A DNA stretch of 64,000 nucleotides from Lachnospiraceae bacterium (GTDB taxonomy: Bacteria > Bacteroidota > Bacteroidia > Bacteroidales > Bacteroidaceae). The stretch covers positions 25,427 to 89,426 of the forward strand of contig CAVKUV010000002.1 of NCBI GenBank assembly GCA_963659505.1, given 5' to 3'. Of the stretch, positions 38,303 through 46,952 are shown one piece after another. The notes beneath the pieces were generated by a model that worked only from the letters and a program-made list of their open reading frames with translations, was not told where the DNA came from and ran no database searches. The position numbers were made by a program, and so were the translations under genes. Numbering within the stretch: position 1 is the first letter of the stretch; each line of letters starts with the position of its first letter.

Positions 38303-38423
38303 GTCCAATTTGTTGTTCTCTTTGTAGTGGGTGCGGTGTCCCACCGCACACCAAGCGGCAATGCCTTAGTTGCGACGTGAGACACGTCGCCCACTACTTA
38401 CAAGCACGTATAATAAATTGGAC
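38303..38423 (+). repeat. REP-doublet element family A, copy 6, with outer inverted repeats
   Basis: gtccaatttgttgt 38303-38316; doublet 38324-38397; taataaattggac 38411-38423. Confidence 0.9.
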
Positions 38424-38437
38424 GGCCTAGTTATATA

Positions 38438-38890
38438 TTAGTATTTTCTGAAATACAGTCGCAGCACGTTCGACTCCAGCACCATGTTGTCGCTGTTAAG
38501 CGCCTTTATGGCGAAGTGCTCGTCAAGGGCGTTGATGCCGAGCGGTGCGAGCATGGCGGGGTCAACCACCTTTATGTCTGCCGAGTCGCGAAAATCGACG
38601 TAGGGGTCGGACAGAAACAGCGAGTCGCCCACCACGTCAAACCTGAACAGCACTGGCAGTCCCGGCTTGCGCGCCTCAAGCAGACGGCGTTGCACCGCCC
38701 AGAACACCCGCTCCTGCCGCATGTCCACCTGCCTGTTGGAGGCCAGCGAGTCGAGCGACTTCAGTTGCCAGAAGCCGTCGAGGTCGCCGTTGTCCGACGT
38801 CTCAAGCGTGCATGAGCCGAGCGCGCACGTCAATAGTGCGCCCAGCGCCATTGTGGTGGCCAGGGTCAGGGTTGTGGTCAGTCGTTTCAT
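38438..38890 (-). CDS. Lipocalin-like domain lipoprotein
   Basis: Start moved to ATG 38890 (overlaps the wzi-like stop); lipobox LGSC; NGDLDGFWQL; ends FRKY. Confidence 0.8.
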   Translation of the reverse strand: MKRLTTTLTLATTMALGALLTCALGSCTLETSDNGDLDGFWQLKSLDSLASNRQVDMRQERVFWAVQRRLLEARKPGLPVLFRFDVVGDSLFLSDPYVDFRDSADIKVVDPAMLAPLGINALDEHFAIKALNSDNMVLESNVLRLYFRKY

Positions 38891-40467
38891 TTCTTCTTTT
38901 GTTTTAATACGCCTTGGTGGGCTATGGTGAGCTGTAGGCCACGGTTGTTGCCGCGTATCGCCCCGCAGTCGATGCCGCAGGCCGCCCTTACGCTCCATCC
39001 CGCCATCCTGGCCTGCTGCGAAAACGAGTAGGTGGCCTCGGCCATCACGCTTAGGCTCTCCTTAGGGTCGGTGTATGGAATGTCGTAGCTTCCGAAGCCC
39101 TTTTGCCAACTGGCCAGCACGCGGTAGCTCAGGCACGGTGTCGGCGCGCCTCCCAAGCCAATGTGGAAGGCATAGAAGCGGTTGTTCTCCACCTTTATCT
39201 GTCCGTCGGTGTTGTATATTGGCGACAGGTAGAGTGGGTTGCCCATCACCTGTCCCCAGTGTTGCCACCCAGTGAATATCGAGTGGTTGTAGTAGTTGTC
39301 CATGCCGCCAATGTGGTCGGATATGTTGTGGTTGTGGTCGTGGTATATGGGTCCGCTTTGGTATTTGGTGTACAGATATTCCACCACGATGTCGTCGATC
39401 CAGGCGTTGCCTTTCAGCTTCAGCTCCGCCCCGAGCATCATGTCCTTCAGGCTGTACAGCAGATAGCGGTTGTCCTTCCGCTCGTTCCACTCCGCGCCAT
39501 GCCCATAGCCGTCGTAGTCGAGCAGGAACATGGCCGAGTGATCCTCGAAGAAGTGGTCGCCATAGAGTGCGAGGCACCACCGCTTCTGGTCGATGTTCAG
39601 CCGAAACAGCCAACTGCCCAGTTGGTTGCCGGCAATGTTCTTGTATGTGCCTTCGATGGCGTCGGCGCCTCCCGGCCAAAATGCGTTCCAGAAAGCCTTT
39701 ATGCCGCTGCCGTTGTCCACCTCGCTATAGTCGCCGCCCTCGGCGCTCACGTTGTACGACTTGCCGCCAAACTGCGCCGCCATCTCCAGTCCCAGTTCGA
39801 GCGTCACGGGCGACGCCCCGTCGCCTTTGCCTATGCGCAGATAGCCGGCCTTGCTGTGATACAGCGTGTGCTCGGTATATTTGCTTCGGCTTTGGGTGAA
39901 GCTCTTTTGCCAGTTGTCGTCGGTGGTCATGCCGAAGGCCACGTGGCCCTTCAGTGCCAGCCAGCCGTGCGTCAGCGGCACGTCGCAGTAGTCGGGTAGG
40001 GCTATGCGCACCTGTGGCACCGGTCTTGCGTTTATGCCCAGCGTCTGCGCCCCGCTGCTCAGCCTGTTGTTCTTCAGCTCCATGGGCCACTCCTTGCTGC
40101 CCACGGTGAGTGTGCCCTTCAGCCACTGCGCCTCGGCATAGAGCTGCTGCACTATGGCCGTGCTGGTGTAGCCCGTCGCCACGGCCAGGTCCACGCAGTA
40201 GCCATAGTCCCACTTGCGCTGGCCGTGGGGCGTGTGCATGGGTCGCCAGGCGGCGGCTCTTATGTAGCCGTTGCCCGTGGCGAGCGAACTGAGTCCGTAT
40301 TTGTTGGCGTTGAGCCACAGTGGCGTGTTGTCGCCCGTGGTGGCCGAGCCTTGCGCCTCTACTCTGTAGGCGAGCGTGTCGGCTGGTTGTGCCTCGCTGT
40401 TGTCTGCCGCCCGTGCCGCCATTGCGTGCGCCGACAGCCAGAGCAGTGCGATGATGAATGCTCTCAT
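38887..40467 (-). CDS. Capsule assembly Wzi-family outer-membrane protein
   Basis: Signal peptide; TPLWLNANKYG, LSSG, NARPVPQVR, HFFEDHS, DNYYNH, MGNPL. Confidence 0.8.
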   Translation of the reverse strand: MRAFIIALLWLSAHAMAARAADNSEAQPADTLAYRVEAQGSATTGDNTPLWLNANKYGLSSLATGNGYIRAAAWRPMHTPHGQRKWDYGYCVDLAVATGYTSTAIVQQLYAEAQWLKGTLTVGSKEWPMELKNNRLSSGAQTLGINARPVPQVRIALPDYCDVPLTHGWLALKGHVAFGMTTDDNWQKSFTQSRSKYTEHTLYHSKAGYLRIGKGDGASPVTLELGLEMAAQFGGKSYNVSAEGGDYSEVDNGSGIKAFWNAFWPGGADAIEGTYKNIAGNQLGSWLFRLNIDQKRWCLALYGDHFFEDHSAMFLLDYDGYGHGAEWNERKDNRYLLYSLKDMMLGAELKLKGNAWIDDIVVEYLYTKYQSGPIYHDHNHNISDHIGGMDNYYNHSIFTGWQHWGQVMGNPLYLSPIYNTDGQIKVENNRFYAFHIGLGGAPTPCLSYRVLASWQKGFGSYDIPYTDPKESLSVMAEATYSFSQQARMAGWSVRAACGIDCGAIRGNNRGLQLTIAHQGVLKQKKK

Positions 40468-40819
40468 AAGGGCGGTTTTATAAAGTGGCTTTGCCAGGTT
40501 TTGAGGTTGTTTTCAAGTGCATAATAGTCAGTGTGCAGGGGATTGATGCGTATGCCGTTGTTTCCCCTTATGGTCGCCTAAGTAGGCAAACCGAATGTAA
40601 AATTGCGATTTTATTTCCATTTGGCCAAACAAACGGGCGGTTTGCAATGTTAAAATATGACAAATAAAGAGCCGTGTGTGTACGCCGCACGGAAAAAGGA
40701 AGTACTTTTGCCCCGTCAAGTGGCGGAGCGAAAACGACTTGCGCGGTTTGTGTGTAAGATGGTGAAAAAGACATGCCGCAGCAACTCTCGCCGCCGCCGG
40801 AACGTAAAGCAATGAAGAA

Positions 40820-41224
40820 ATGAAAAGGATTGTTCTAACCATCTGCCTGCTCGTTTGCGGGCTTGCGGCTGCCTTGGCGCAGAACGCCACCGACCAGAAA
40901 CAGGCCGAAATCAAGTTTGACAAGACCACCTACAACTTCGGCAAGTTCTCCGAAGCCTCGCCCAAGGTGTCGTGCGTGTTCACCTACACCAACGTGGGCA
41001 ATGCTCCGCTCATCATCAACCAGGCTGTGGCCAGCTGCGGCTGCACCGTGCCTACCTACACCAAGGCACCCGTGATGCCGGGCCAGAAGGGCGAGCTGAA
41101 GGTGACATACAACGGCGCGGGCAAGTTTCCCGGTCCGTTCAAGAAGTCAATCACCGTGCGCACCAATGGCAAGGTTGAGATGACACGCCTCTATGTAGAG
41201 GGCGACATGGAAGAGAAGAAATGA
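40820..41224 (+). CDS. DUF1573 Ig-like periplasmic protein
   Basis: Signal peptide; YNFG, FTYTNVG, ASCGCT, PGQKG, FKKSITV; TACTTTTG box at 40703-40710. Confidence 0.9.
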   Translation: MKRIVLTICLLVCGLAAALAQNATDQKQAEIKFDKTTYNFGKFSEASPKVSCVFTYTNVGNAPLIINQAVASCGCTVPTYTKAPVMPGQKGELKVTYNGAGKFPGPFKKSITVRTNGKVEMTRLYVEGDMEEKK

Positions 41225-41298
41225 CTCAAGCGCCTGTGCGGCTGAGCCGACTTGGCTCTTGGCCGCTGCCGATGGCGCATGCCCATAATTGTAATTTT

Positions 41299-41349
41299 TA
41301 AAAAGAGCGGCTTCCACATGTGCTTGTGTGGAAGCCGCTTCGTTTTTTT
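41299..41349. terminator. Bidirectional intrinsic terminator
   Basis: A-run, agcggcttccaca/tgtggaagccgct stem, T-run, between convergent genes. Confidence 0.85.
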
Positions 41350-41365
41350 CACCGTCACTTTGCCG

Positions 41366-42475
41366 TTATTCTCCGTCGAGTATGCGCAGTATGCGCTCGG
41401 CGGTGCGTCCGTCCCAGCGTTCGGGCAGTGCGCACTTCTTCCAGCGTCCGGCCACCATGTCGGCCACTCTCGCGCCCAACTCGTCGGCGCTCTCGCCAAC
41501 CAGCACGTTCGAACCTGTCTTCACCGTCTCGATGTGCTCGGTGTAGCTGTTCAGCGTTATGCAAGCCACGGCGTTGAACGTGGCCTCCTCGGCCACGTTG
41601 CCCGAGTCGGTCACAATGCCGAGGGCGTGGGCTGCCAGGTAGCCAAACTCCAGATACGACAGCGGGTCAACCACGTGCAGGCAGGCCGTGCTCTTACCCT
41701 TGGCGGCCAGTGTGGCCGCGGCCTTCTCTACGGCCTCGCGCGCCAGTCCGCGCAGCGGCGCGATGATGGGCGTGCCACCGGCAGCCTCGCACATCGTGGC
41801 CACCATGTCGGCCAGCTCGCTTTCCTTCTTCATCAGTGCCTTGCGGTTCAGCGTGAACACTATGTAGCTGCGGTCGTTCAGTTGCAGCGTGTGCCACAGC
41901 TGCGGCTTGCGCAGGCGCGTGTTGTTGTGGCGCAGGGTGTCCATCAGTATGTTGCCCACCATGTATATGTGGGCCATTTCCACGCCCTCGCGCGTCACTA
42001 TGCTGTTCGACCCCACGCCGGCGGTGAAGAGGTAGTCGCTCAGCCCGTCGATCACCAGTCGGTTTATCTCCTTTGGCATGGTCATGTCGAACGAGCGCGT
42101 GCCGGCCACGAGGTGGGCCAGTCTCACGCCGCACTTCTTCGTGACTATGGCGGCGGCCATGGTCGAGGCCAGGTCGTCAACCACAATCACCACGTCGGTG
42201 TCGTTGTGCTCCAGGTATAGCTCAAACTCGGCCATCACCCGTCCTGTCAGTTCGTTCAGGCTGGCGCAGTCAACGCCCAGAAACACGTTGGGGCGCGGCA
42301 GCTGCAGGTCGTCGAAAAGCGATGGTTCGAGTGTCGTGTCGTCTTCGCATCCGGCGTAGACGAGCGAGTAGTCTATCTGTTGTCCCTCGGCCTTGGCCTT
42401 GTCGGCAGCCCATACCAGCGGCGCCACCTTTATGAAGTTGGGGCGCGCGCCCACAAAGATGCATATGTTCAGCAT
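41366..42475 (-). CDS. UDP-N-acetylglucosamine 2-epimerase family protein (divergent WecB-like)
   Basis: GARPNFIK, AGTRSFD, MPKEINR, VGNILMD, TDSG, WDGRTAERI; start moved to ATG 42475; TACCTTTG box at 42585-42592 (-). Confidence 0.85.
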   Translation of the reverse strand: MLNICIFVGARPNFIKVAPLVWAADKAKAEGQQIDYSLVYAGCEDDTTLEPSLFDDLQLPRPNVFLGVDCASLNELTGRVMAEFELYLEHNDTDVVIVVDDLASTMAAAIVTKKCGVRLAHLVAGTRSFDMTMPKEINRLVIDGLSDYLFTAGVGSNSIVTREGVEMAHIYMVGNILMDTLRHNNTRLRKPQLWHTLQLNDRSYIVFTLNRKALMKKESELADMVATMCEAAGGTPIIAPLRGLAREAVEKAAATLAAKGKSTACLHVVDPLSYLEFGYLAAHALGIVTDSGNVAEEATFNAVACITLNSYTEHIETVKTGSNVLVGESADELGARVADMVAGRWKKCALPERWDGRTAERILRILDGE

Positions 42476-42661
42476 GTCAGTAAGTGTATATGTTATATGT
42501 ATATGTGTGTTATGATTGCTTGTTGTTTCCCTCTTGCAGTGCGCCGCTTGTGGCCGTAACGGGCGGCTTGCGGCGTTGCGTTGACAAAGGTAGCTAAAAA
42601 ACGACTTCCACAGAGCCGCCCACGCCGTTTTTTCACCAATGCGATGCCTGCGATGCGAACG

Positions 42662-42695
42662 AAAAACGCCGCCGATACTCACGTACCAGCGGCGC
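42662..42695 (-). terminator. Intrinsic terminator of hicAB
   Basis: On the - strand: cgccgctggtac-gtga-gtatcggcggcg followed by TTTTT. Confidence 0.8.
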
Positions 42696-42733
42696 CAAAG
42701 AGTCATTTTGTTATGAAAACTTGCCGAACTCGC

Positions 42734-43135
42734 CTAACGGAAAGTCGCGGCACTTAGTTCCTTTGCTATGTTCGCTATACACGCCGAAACTCGGCTGTAT
42801 GTTTTTTCCCCTGCGTTCTTCACCCCACTTGTATACTGTCGCATCAGCGATGGGTTAATTCCAGCGCGCTTGGCAATGTCGCTGACGTTGAGGAAGGAAA
42901 AATACTCAAAGAACGACTGCAAGTCGTATTTGTATTCAAATTCCACATCGTAGACCTTTCCACCATGCTCCAGCACGTCTTTCCTCGATTCCTCCAGGCA
43001 CAACATCAAATCGGCCTTAGCCTCTGACACTGTATTACCAGCGCCATTCAGACCGCTGTCGAAGACGTCTTTCTCGGTGTGGCACCAAAAAGATCCATCC
43101 TCTGCTTGCGAAATTGTCACCAATACTTTCTTCAT
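42734..43135 (-). CDS. hicB: HicB-family antitoxin with C-terminal HTH
   Basis: N-terminal beta strands plus GAGNTVSEAK; C-terminal LNVSDIAKRAGINPSLMRQY; downstream of hicA. Confidence 0.85.
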   Translation of the reverse strand: MKKVLVTISQAEDGSFWCHTEKDVFDSGLNGAGNTVSEAKADLMLCLEESRKDVLEHGGKVYDVEFEYKYDLQSFFEYFSFLNVSDIAKRAGINPSLMRQYTSGVKNAGEKTYSRVSACIANIAKELSAATFR

Positions 43136-43221
43136 ATCTTATACCCTATTTGTGTCTTGAAATAAAGAGTCCGCTTTACACCACTACATTTCCGCACTCT
43201 ATATTTGAAAGTGGTCGGGGA

Positions 43222-43404
43222 TTACTCCCCAACCAACTTTTTCAATATCTTCAGCGCAAGTCCTTTCTTGACTTCGCCTGAGTGTCGGGGTACCCATTCG
43301 GCTTTTCCCGTTGTGGGGTTAGACCATTTGTCGTGCCTCCCTCCGTGTTGAACCATGACGCACCCGGCGTCTTTCAAAGCCCTTAGTAATTCGGAAGTTT
43401 TCAT
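43222..43404 (-). CDS. hicA: HicA-family mRNA interferase toxin
   Basis: 60 aa, basic; GGRHD (catalytic His), VPRH, GLALKILK. Confidence 0.9.
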   Translation of the reverse strand: MKTSELLRALKDAGCVMVQHGGRHDKWSNPTTGKAEWVPRHSGEVKKGLALKILKKLVGE

Positions 43405-43439
43405 GGTGTAAATGAACTCTTTTGGCTTAATTGCCGCTA

Positions 43440-43470
43440 CAAAGGTAGCGAAAAAGCTATAAATGCCAAA
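43440..43470 (-). promoter_or_regulatory. hicAB promoter
   Basis: - strand: TTTG (43467-43470), 19 nt, TACCTTTG (43440-43447); overlapped by the tagc-N6-gcta palindrome at 43446-43459. Confidence 0.7.
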
Positions 43471-43496
43471 TGTTTTGGCGGCTTTTTCACTGCTAC

Positions 43497-43885
43497 TTTG
43501 CCCATAATCCGAATAAATGTCTTACTTTTGCATTGCACTATGCTTGCAGAAAGCCCGCAAGGGTATTATGCGGGTGGGTGTGTTTTTATGGAAAGAGCGT
43601 TTATCTGACGCTCATTCTTTGCGTGTCCTAACTTCGCAACTTAAGACCAAATCGCAAAAGAATGAGACAATGATGGATGCTCACGGTAGGTATATTGTAT
43701 GCCCTGCCGTGAGTTGTCGTATATGCACCTCGCCGACATTTGGTGGGGTGCGTTAGCGGCTGCCCACGCATGGGAATGATATATGCCATGCGTGGGCTTT
43801 CTGCATTGTCCGTCTCTGCGATTTGAGGCAATGCGAAGGCCTGGACACGTGGGATGGGCAAAGGCGAATCCCACGCTTTGTTTTT
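43497..43885 (+). promoter_or_regulatory. Putative BREX promoter and long structured 5' leader with terminator-like hairpin
   Basis: TACTTTTG 43523-43530; hairpins 43554-43574, 43680-43713, 43725-43751, 43762-43797; cgtgggat/atcccacg + T-run at 43848-43885. Confidence 0.6.
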
Positions 43886-43966
43886 ATAAAGACATCAATA
43901 CTTTTCGCGTAAAAAAATCGCCGGATATTGGGGTTCTATCCGCATTTGGATGAGAGCCTAAAAAAT

Positions 43967-46471
43967 ATGTACAAGATAACATGGGACAAAGAAACTGGCG
44001 GGGTGCAGTTGCACTCGCGCATTGTTGACGGCACGCTTGGCGTTTCTCCACGTCCTGTGTTTTTCGAGGAGTTGAACCTTTTGGGGCTTGACGCTCTTGG
44101 CTGGACTTATCCTCATGCTGAAGGTCCCATCATGTGGGCAGTAAACAAGCAGTATTGGTATCGTGGGCAGCACCTCTTCGACGCCAAGGGAGCCAACATC
44201 TACACCAAGCCCACGCTGGAGATGCAGCCTGGCGTGGAGCCGATGGCGTTGCAGCCTGTCGATGTGGAGGCGATGCTCCGGCGCACGTCCGACCTGATGT
44301 TTGTGCTTGAGAACGAGGCCATCGAGTTTATCCACGACACCTATCTTGCGTATGCCAAGGTTAACAAGACATACGCCAAGGCCGACGCCAACAAGCTCGA
44401 CTTCGAGGCGATGGCAGAACGGGTGGAGAAGAAGAGCAAGCAGAAGATGGCGGTGGTGAAGCAAGACTGCGACTCGTTTGACATCATGCCGCTCTCCGCT
44501 GCCGAAAAGGAGGGCAAGCGCGTGCTCCTCTCCACCAAAATAGACCGTTTCATAGCCAGCTTCTCTGGCGGCAAAGACTCGCAGGTGGTGCTCGACCTTT
44601 GCACCCGTGCCATTCCGCCAACCGATTTCGAGGTGATATATAGCGACACGGGCTATGAGTTGCCTCCTTCGCTCACGCTCTATAAAGAGGTGGAGCGTCA
44701 CTACAAGGAGAGATTCCCCACTCTAAACTTCCTCATGGCTCGCAACCACGAGTCTGTGCTCAACTATTGGGACAAAATCGGCACGCCAAGCGACAACCAT
44801 AGATGGTGCTGCTCGGTGATGAAGACAGCTCCGCTGTATAGAATGCTTAAAGTTGAAGGGAATAAGCAAGCTCATGTGTTGGCTTTTGATGGTGTAAGAG
44901 CGGAAGAGTCTGCCAAGAGAGAGAACTATCAAAGAATAGGCAAAGGCAAACACACTTACGTTTACAACGCGCATCCAATTATCGCATGGAACGCAGTGGA
45001 GATTTTCTTATATTTATTGGAATGGCGACTTCCAATCAATCCTGCTTATCGTGCAGGAAAGGCAAGAGTGGGATGTCTTATTTGTCCGTTTTCCTCAACA
45101 TGGGACGATATGGTCATTCGCCAAAATTATCCGAATGATTTGAAGCCTTTTGTTGACCGTCTCAAAAGGTACTCGTCTCAAGTGAAAATCCACAATTTCG
45201 AAGCTTATCTTGCTGAAAGGAAATGGAAACTGAAACCTCTTGGCGAAAGAGGGTTGGTCATTCCAACGGTAAACTTCAAAACGGAAATCTCGTCATTGAA
45301 TTTTGTTGCTGAGATGAAGGATGCCAAACATTCTTTGATGAAATGGTTGCCAGCTGTTTGTCCTTTTACCGTTAAGGATTCAATTAGCGGATATGAGGGA
45401 GAGTTGAACTACAAGAAGTCCGTATATCCTTTTTTCATAGAGCAGGTAGATGGAAAAACTGTTTTTACAGTCAAAGGAAAACTACCAAATGACTTGGTGT
45501 TTTTATTGAGGCGGTTGATTTACAAAACAGCATATTGTGTACAATGTGAGGTTTGCGAGGTTGAATGCCCAACAGGGGCGTTGTCCATTGTGCCTGAAGT
45601 AAAAATAGATAAAACGAAATGCATACATTGTCATAAGTGCTTTAACACACATGACCGTGGATGTGTTGCAGCAGATTGCATACGTATGATTACAGATTCA
45701 GAAAAGAAATTAAATACGAAAGTCCAAGGCTACAAGAAGTTCGGACTTCGTGAGGAATGGATAGAAGAGTATTTCATCGATCCAGTTGATTTTTGGAAAG
45801 AGAATTCATTAGGCACAGCTCAAATAGATTCTTTAAAAGCATGGTTACGTGATGCGGAAATAACCGATGCCAAGAACAATATGACAGAGTTTGGGGCACT
45901 GATGAAAAGAGTGTATGATGAGAATCCTTTGTTGTTTTGGGAAATCACTTTCGTAAATCTTTCTTATAACTCTTACATCGTAAATTGGTTTTGTAACAAC
46001 ATATCAACAAACCAGGTCTATAATGCAAAGATGATGAAAGAAGAAATATCTAATCAAGGTTTTACGGGTTCTTTGGCTACCATAGGAAATGCTGCTATTG
46101 CTTTCACGGATATGGTAAAGAAGACGCCCGTAGGTGAAGATTTCTTTCAAGGAGTCAACATGGGCAAGGAAGGCTTGCAACGAAATGAATATGAAGATTT
46201 GAGCATCGAAGCAGTGGCCTATTCCATATACCGTTTGGCGAAGGAACATGAAATAACAATGCTCCGTGTATCAGACCTGTATAAACCAGAAGAAGAACAT
46301 GGCGTGTATAAAGAATTTCTTGTATCCAAGCAGTCCCTCATGAAAAGGTTACGTACAATAAGTGCAAGTAACAATCGTGTTCTTGTTGCCGAATTGAACA
46401 TGGGACTCGACCATATAACTCTTCGTGATGACTTGACACCAGCAAAAGTTCTTGAAGAAATGATAAAATGA
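43967..46471 (+). CDS. brxP: BREX type 4 BrxP-like protein: PAPS-reductase (DndC/SspD-like) + 4Fe-4S ferredoxin + DUF4007-like C-terminal domain
   Basis: PP-loop SFSGGKDS, DTGYE, WCCSVMK, RAEES, RVGCLICP; CxxCxxCxxxCP and CxxCxxC ferredoxin motifs; FGLREEW-type C-terminal domain; context brxC-pglZ-brxL. Confidence 0.85.
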   Translation: MYKITWDKETGGVQLHSRIVDGTLGVSPRPVFFEELNLLGLDALGWTYPHAEGPIMWAVNKQYWYRGQHLFDAKGANIYTKPTLEMQPGVEPMALQPVDVEAMLRRTSDLMFVLENEAIEFIHDTYLAYAKVNKTYAKADANKLDFEAMAERVEKKSKQKMAVVKQDCDSFDIMPLSAAEKEGKRVLLSTKIDRFIASFSGGKDSQVVLDLCTRAIPPTDFEVIYSDTGYELPPSLTLYKEVERHYKERFPTLNFLMARNHESVLNYWDKIGTPSDNHRWCCSVMKTAPLYRMLKVEGNKQAHVLAFDGVRAEESAKRENYQRIGKGKHTYVYNAHPIIAWNAVEIFLYLLEWRLPINPAYRAGKARVGCLICPFSSTWDDMVIRQNYPNDLKPFVDRLKRYSSQVKIHNFEAYLAERKWKLKPLGERGLVIPTVNFKTEISSLNFVAEMKDAKHSLMKWLPAVCPFTVKDSISGYEGELNYKKSVYPFFIEQVDGKTVFTVKGKLPNDLVFLLRRLIYKTAYCVQCEVCEVECPTGALSIVPEVKIDKTKCIHCHKCFNTHDRGCVAADCIRMITDSEKKLNTKVQGYKKFGLREEWIEEYFIDPVDFWKENSLGTAQIDSLKAWLRDAEITDAKNNMTEFGALMKRVYDENPLLFWEITFVNLSYNSYIVNWFCNNISTNQVYNAKMMKEEISNQGFTGSLATIGNAAIAFTDMVKKTPVGEDFFQGVNMGKEGLQRNEYEDLSIEAVAYSIYRLAKEHEITMLRVSDLYKPEEEHGVYKEFLVSKQSLMKRLRTISASNNRVLVAELNMGLDHITLRDDLTPAKVLEEMIK

Positions 46472-46935
46472 AATCCGCCGCTCTTCTCTTAACGTATAAG
46501 GACATGGTGCTTTCGCTCAATTTGGGTACTAAGAAAGGGGGCGTTTCCGTATCCAAGCCTCTTTACATATTGGCCATAATTGATGCGATAGAGTGGGAAG
46601 CTCTTATTGAAAACAAAATAGAGTTTATGGATACCTTTATCCGTAAGAGATTTGGACAGTTGTATGAACAAGTGAACAACAACCGGAAAGGTTATGAAAG
46701 CTCATTCTTTGTCCGTCCCTATTTTCATCTTAGTAGTTCTTCCTTTTATCATCTGATATGGAAACCAGAGACAGAGAAACCGAATTGTTCAAGTACCCCT
46801 TCTTCAAAGTTTCTCCGCGAGCACTTGCTCTATGCGAAGCTTGACGATGAGTTGTGGGAGTTGTTGCAAGATGCAGAGAGTAGAGAATATTTAAAAAGAA
46901 GTATAATCAAACGATACTTGAGACCCCAAGAATAA
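46468..46935 (+). CDS. Stand-alone protein resembling the SBD (phosphorothioate-binding) N-terminal domain of PT-dependent HNH nucleases, without HNH
   Basis: KPLYILAIID..ENKI..PYFHLSSSSFYHL..YAKLDDELWELL..R..L pattern; ATGA overlap with brxP; no CxxC/HNH motif. Confidence 0.6.
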   Translation: MKSAALLLTYKDMVLSLNLGTKKGGVSVSKPLYILAIIDAIEWEALIENKIEFMDTFIRKRFGQLYEQVNNNRKGYESSFFVRPYFHLSSSSFYHLIWKPETEKPNCSSTPSSKFLREHLLYAKLDDELWELLQDAESREYLKRSIIKRYLRPQE

Positions 46936-46952
46936 CATAACACATACCAAAT

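Noticed and set aside
43517..43874. Small ORFs (77-79 aa) in the hicA-brxP gap
   Set aside because: No recognisable motifs and the region is better explained as structured RNA, though a leader peptide cannot be excluded
43967..46471. Sulfate-assimilation CysH or a classical dnd operon
   Set aside because: No cys genes or dndB/D/E nearby; the protein is far longer than CysH and sits with brxC-pglZ-brxL
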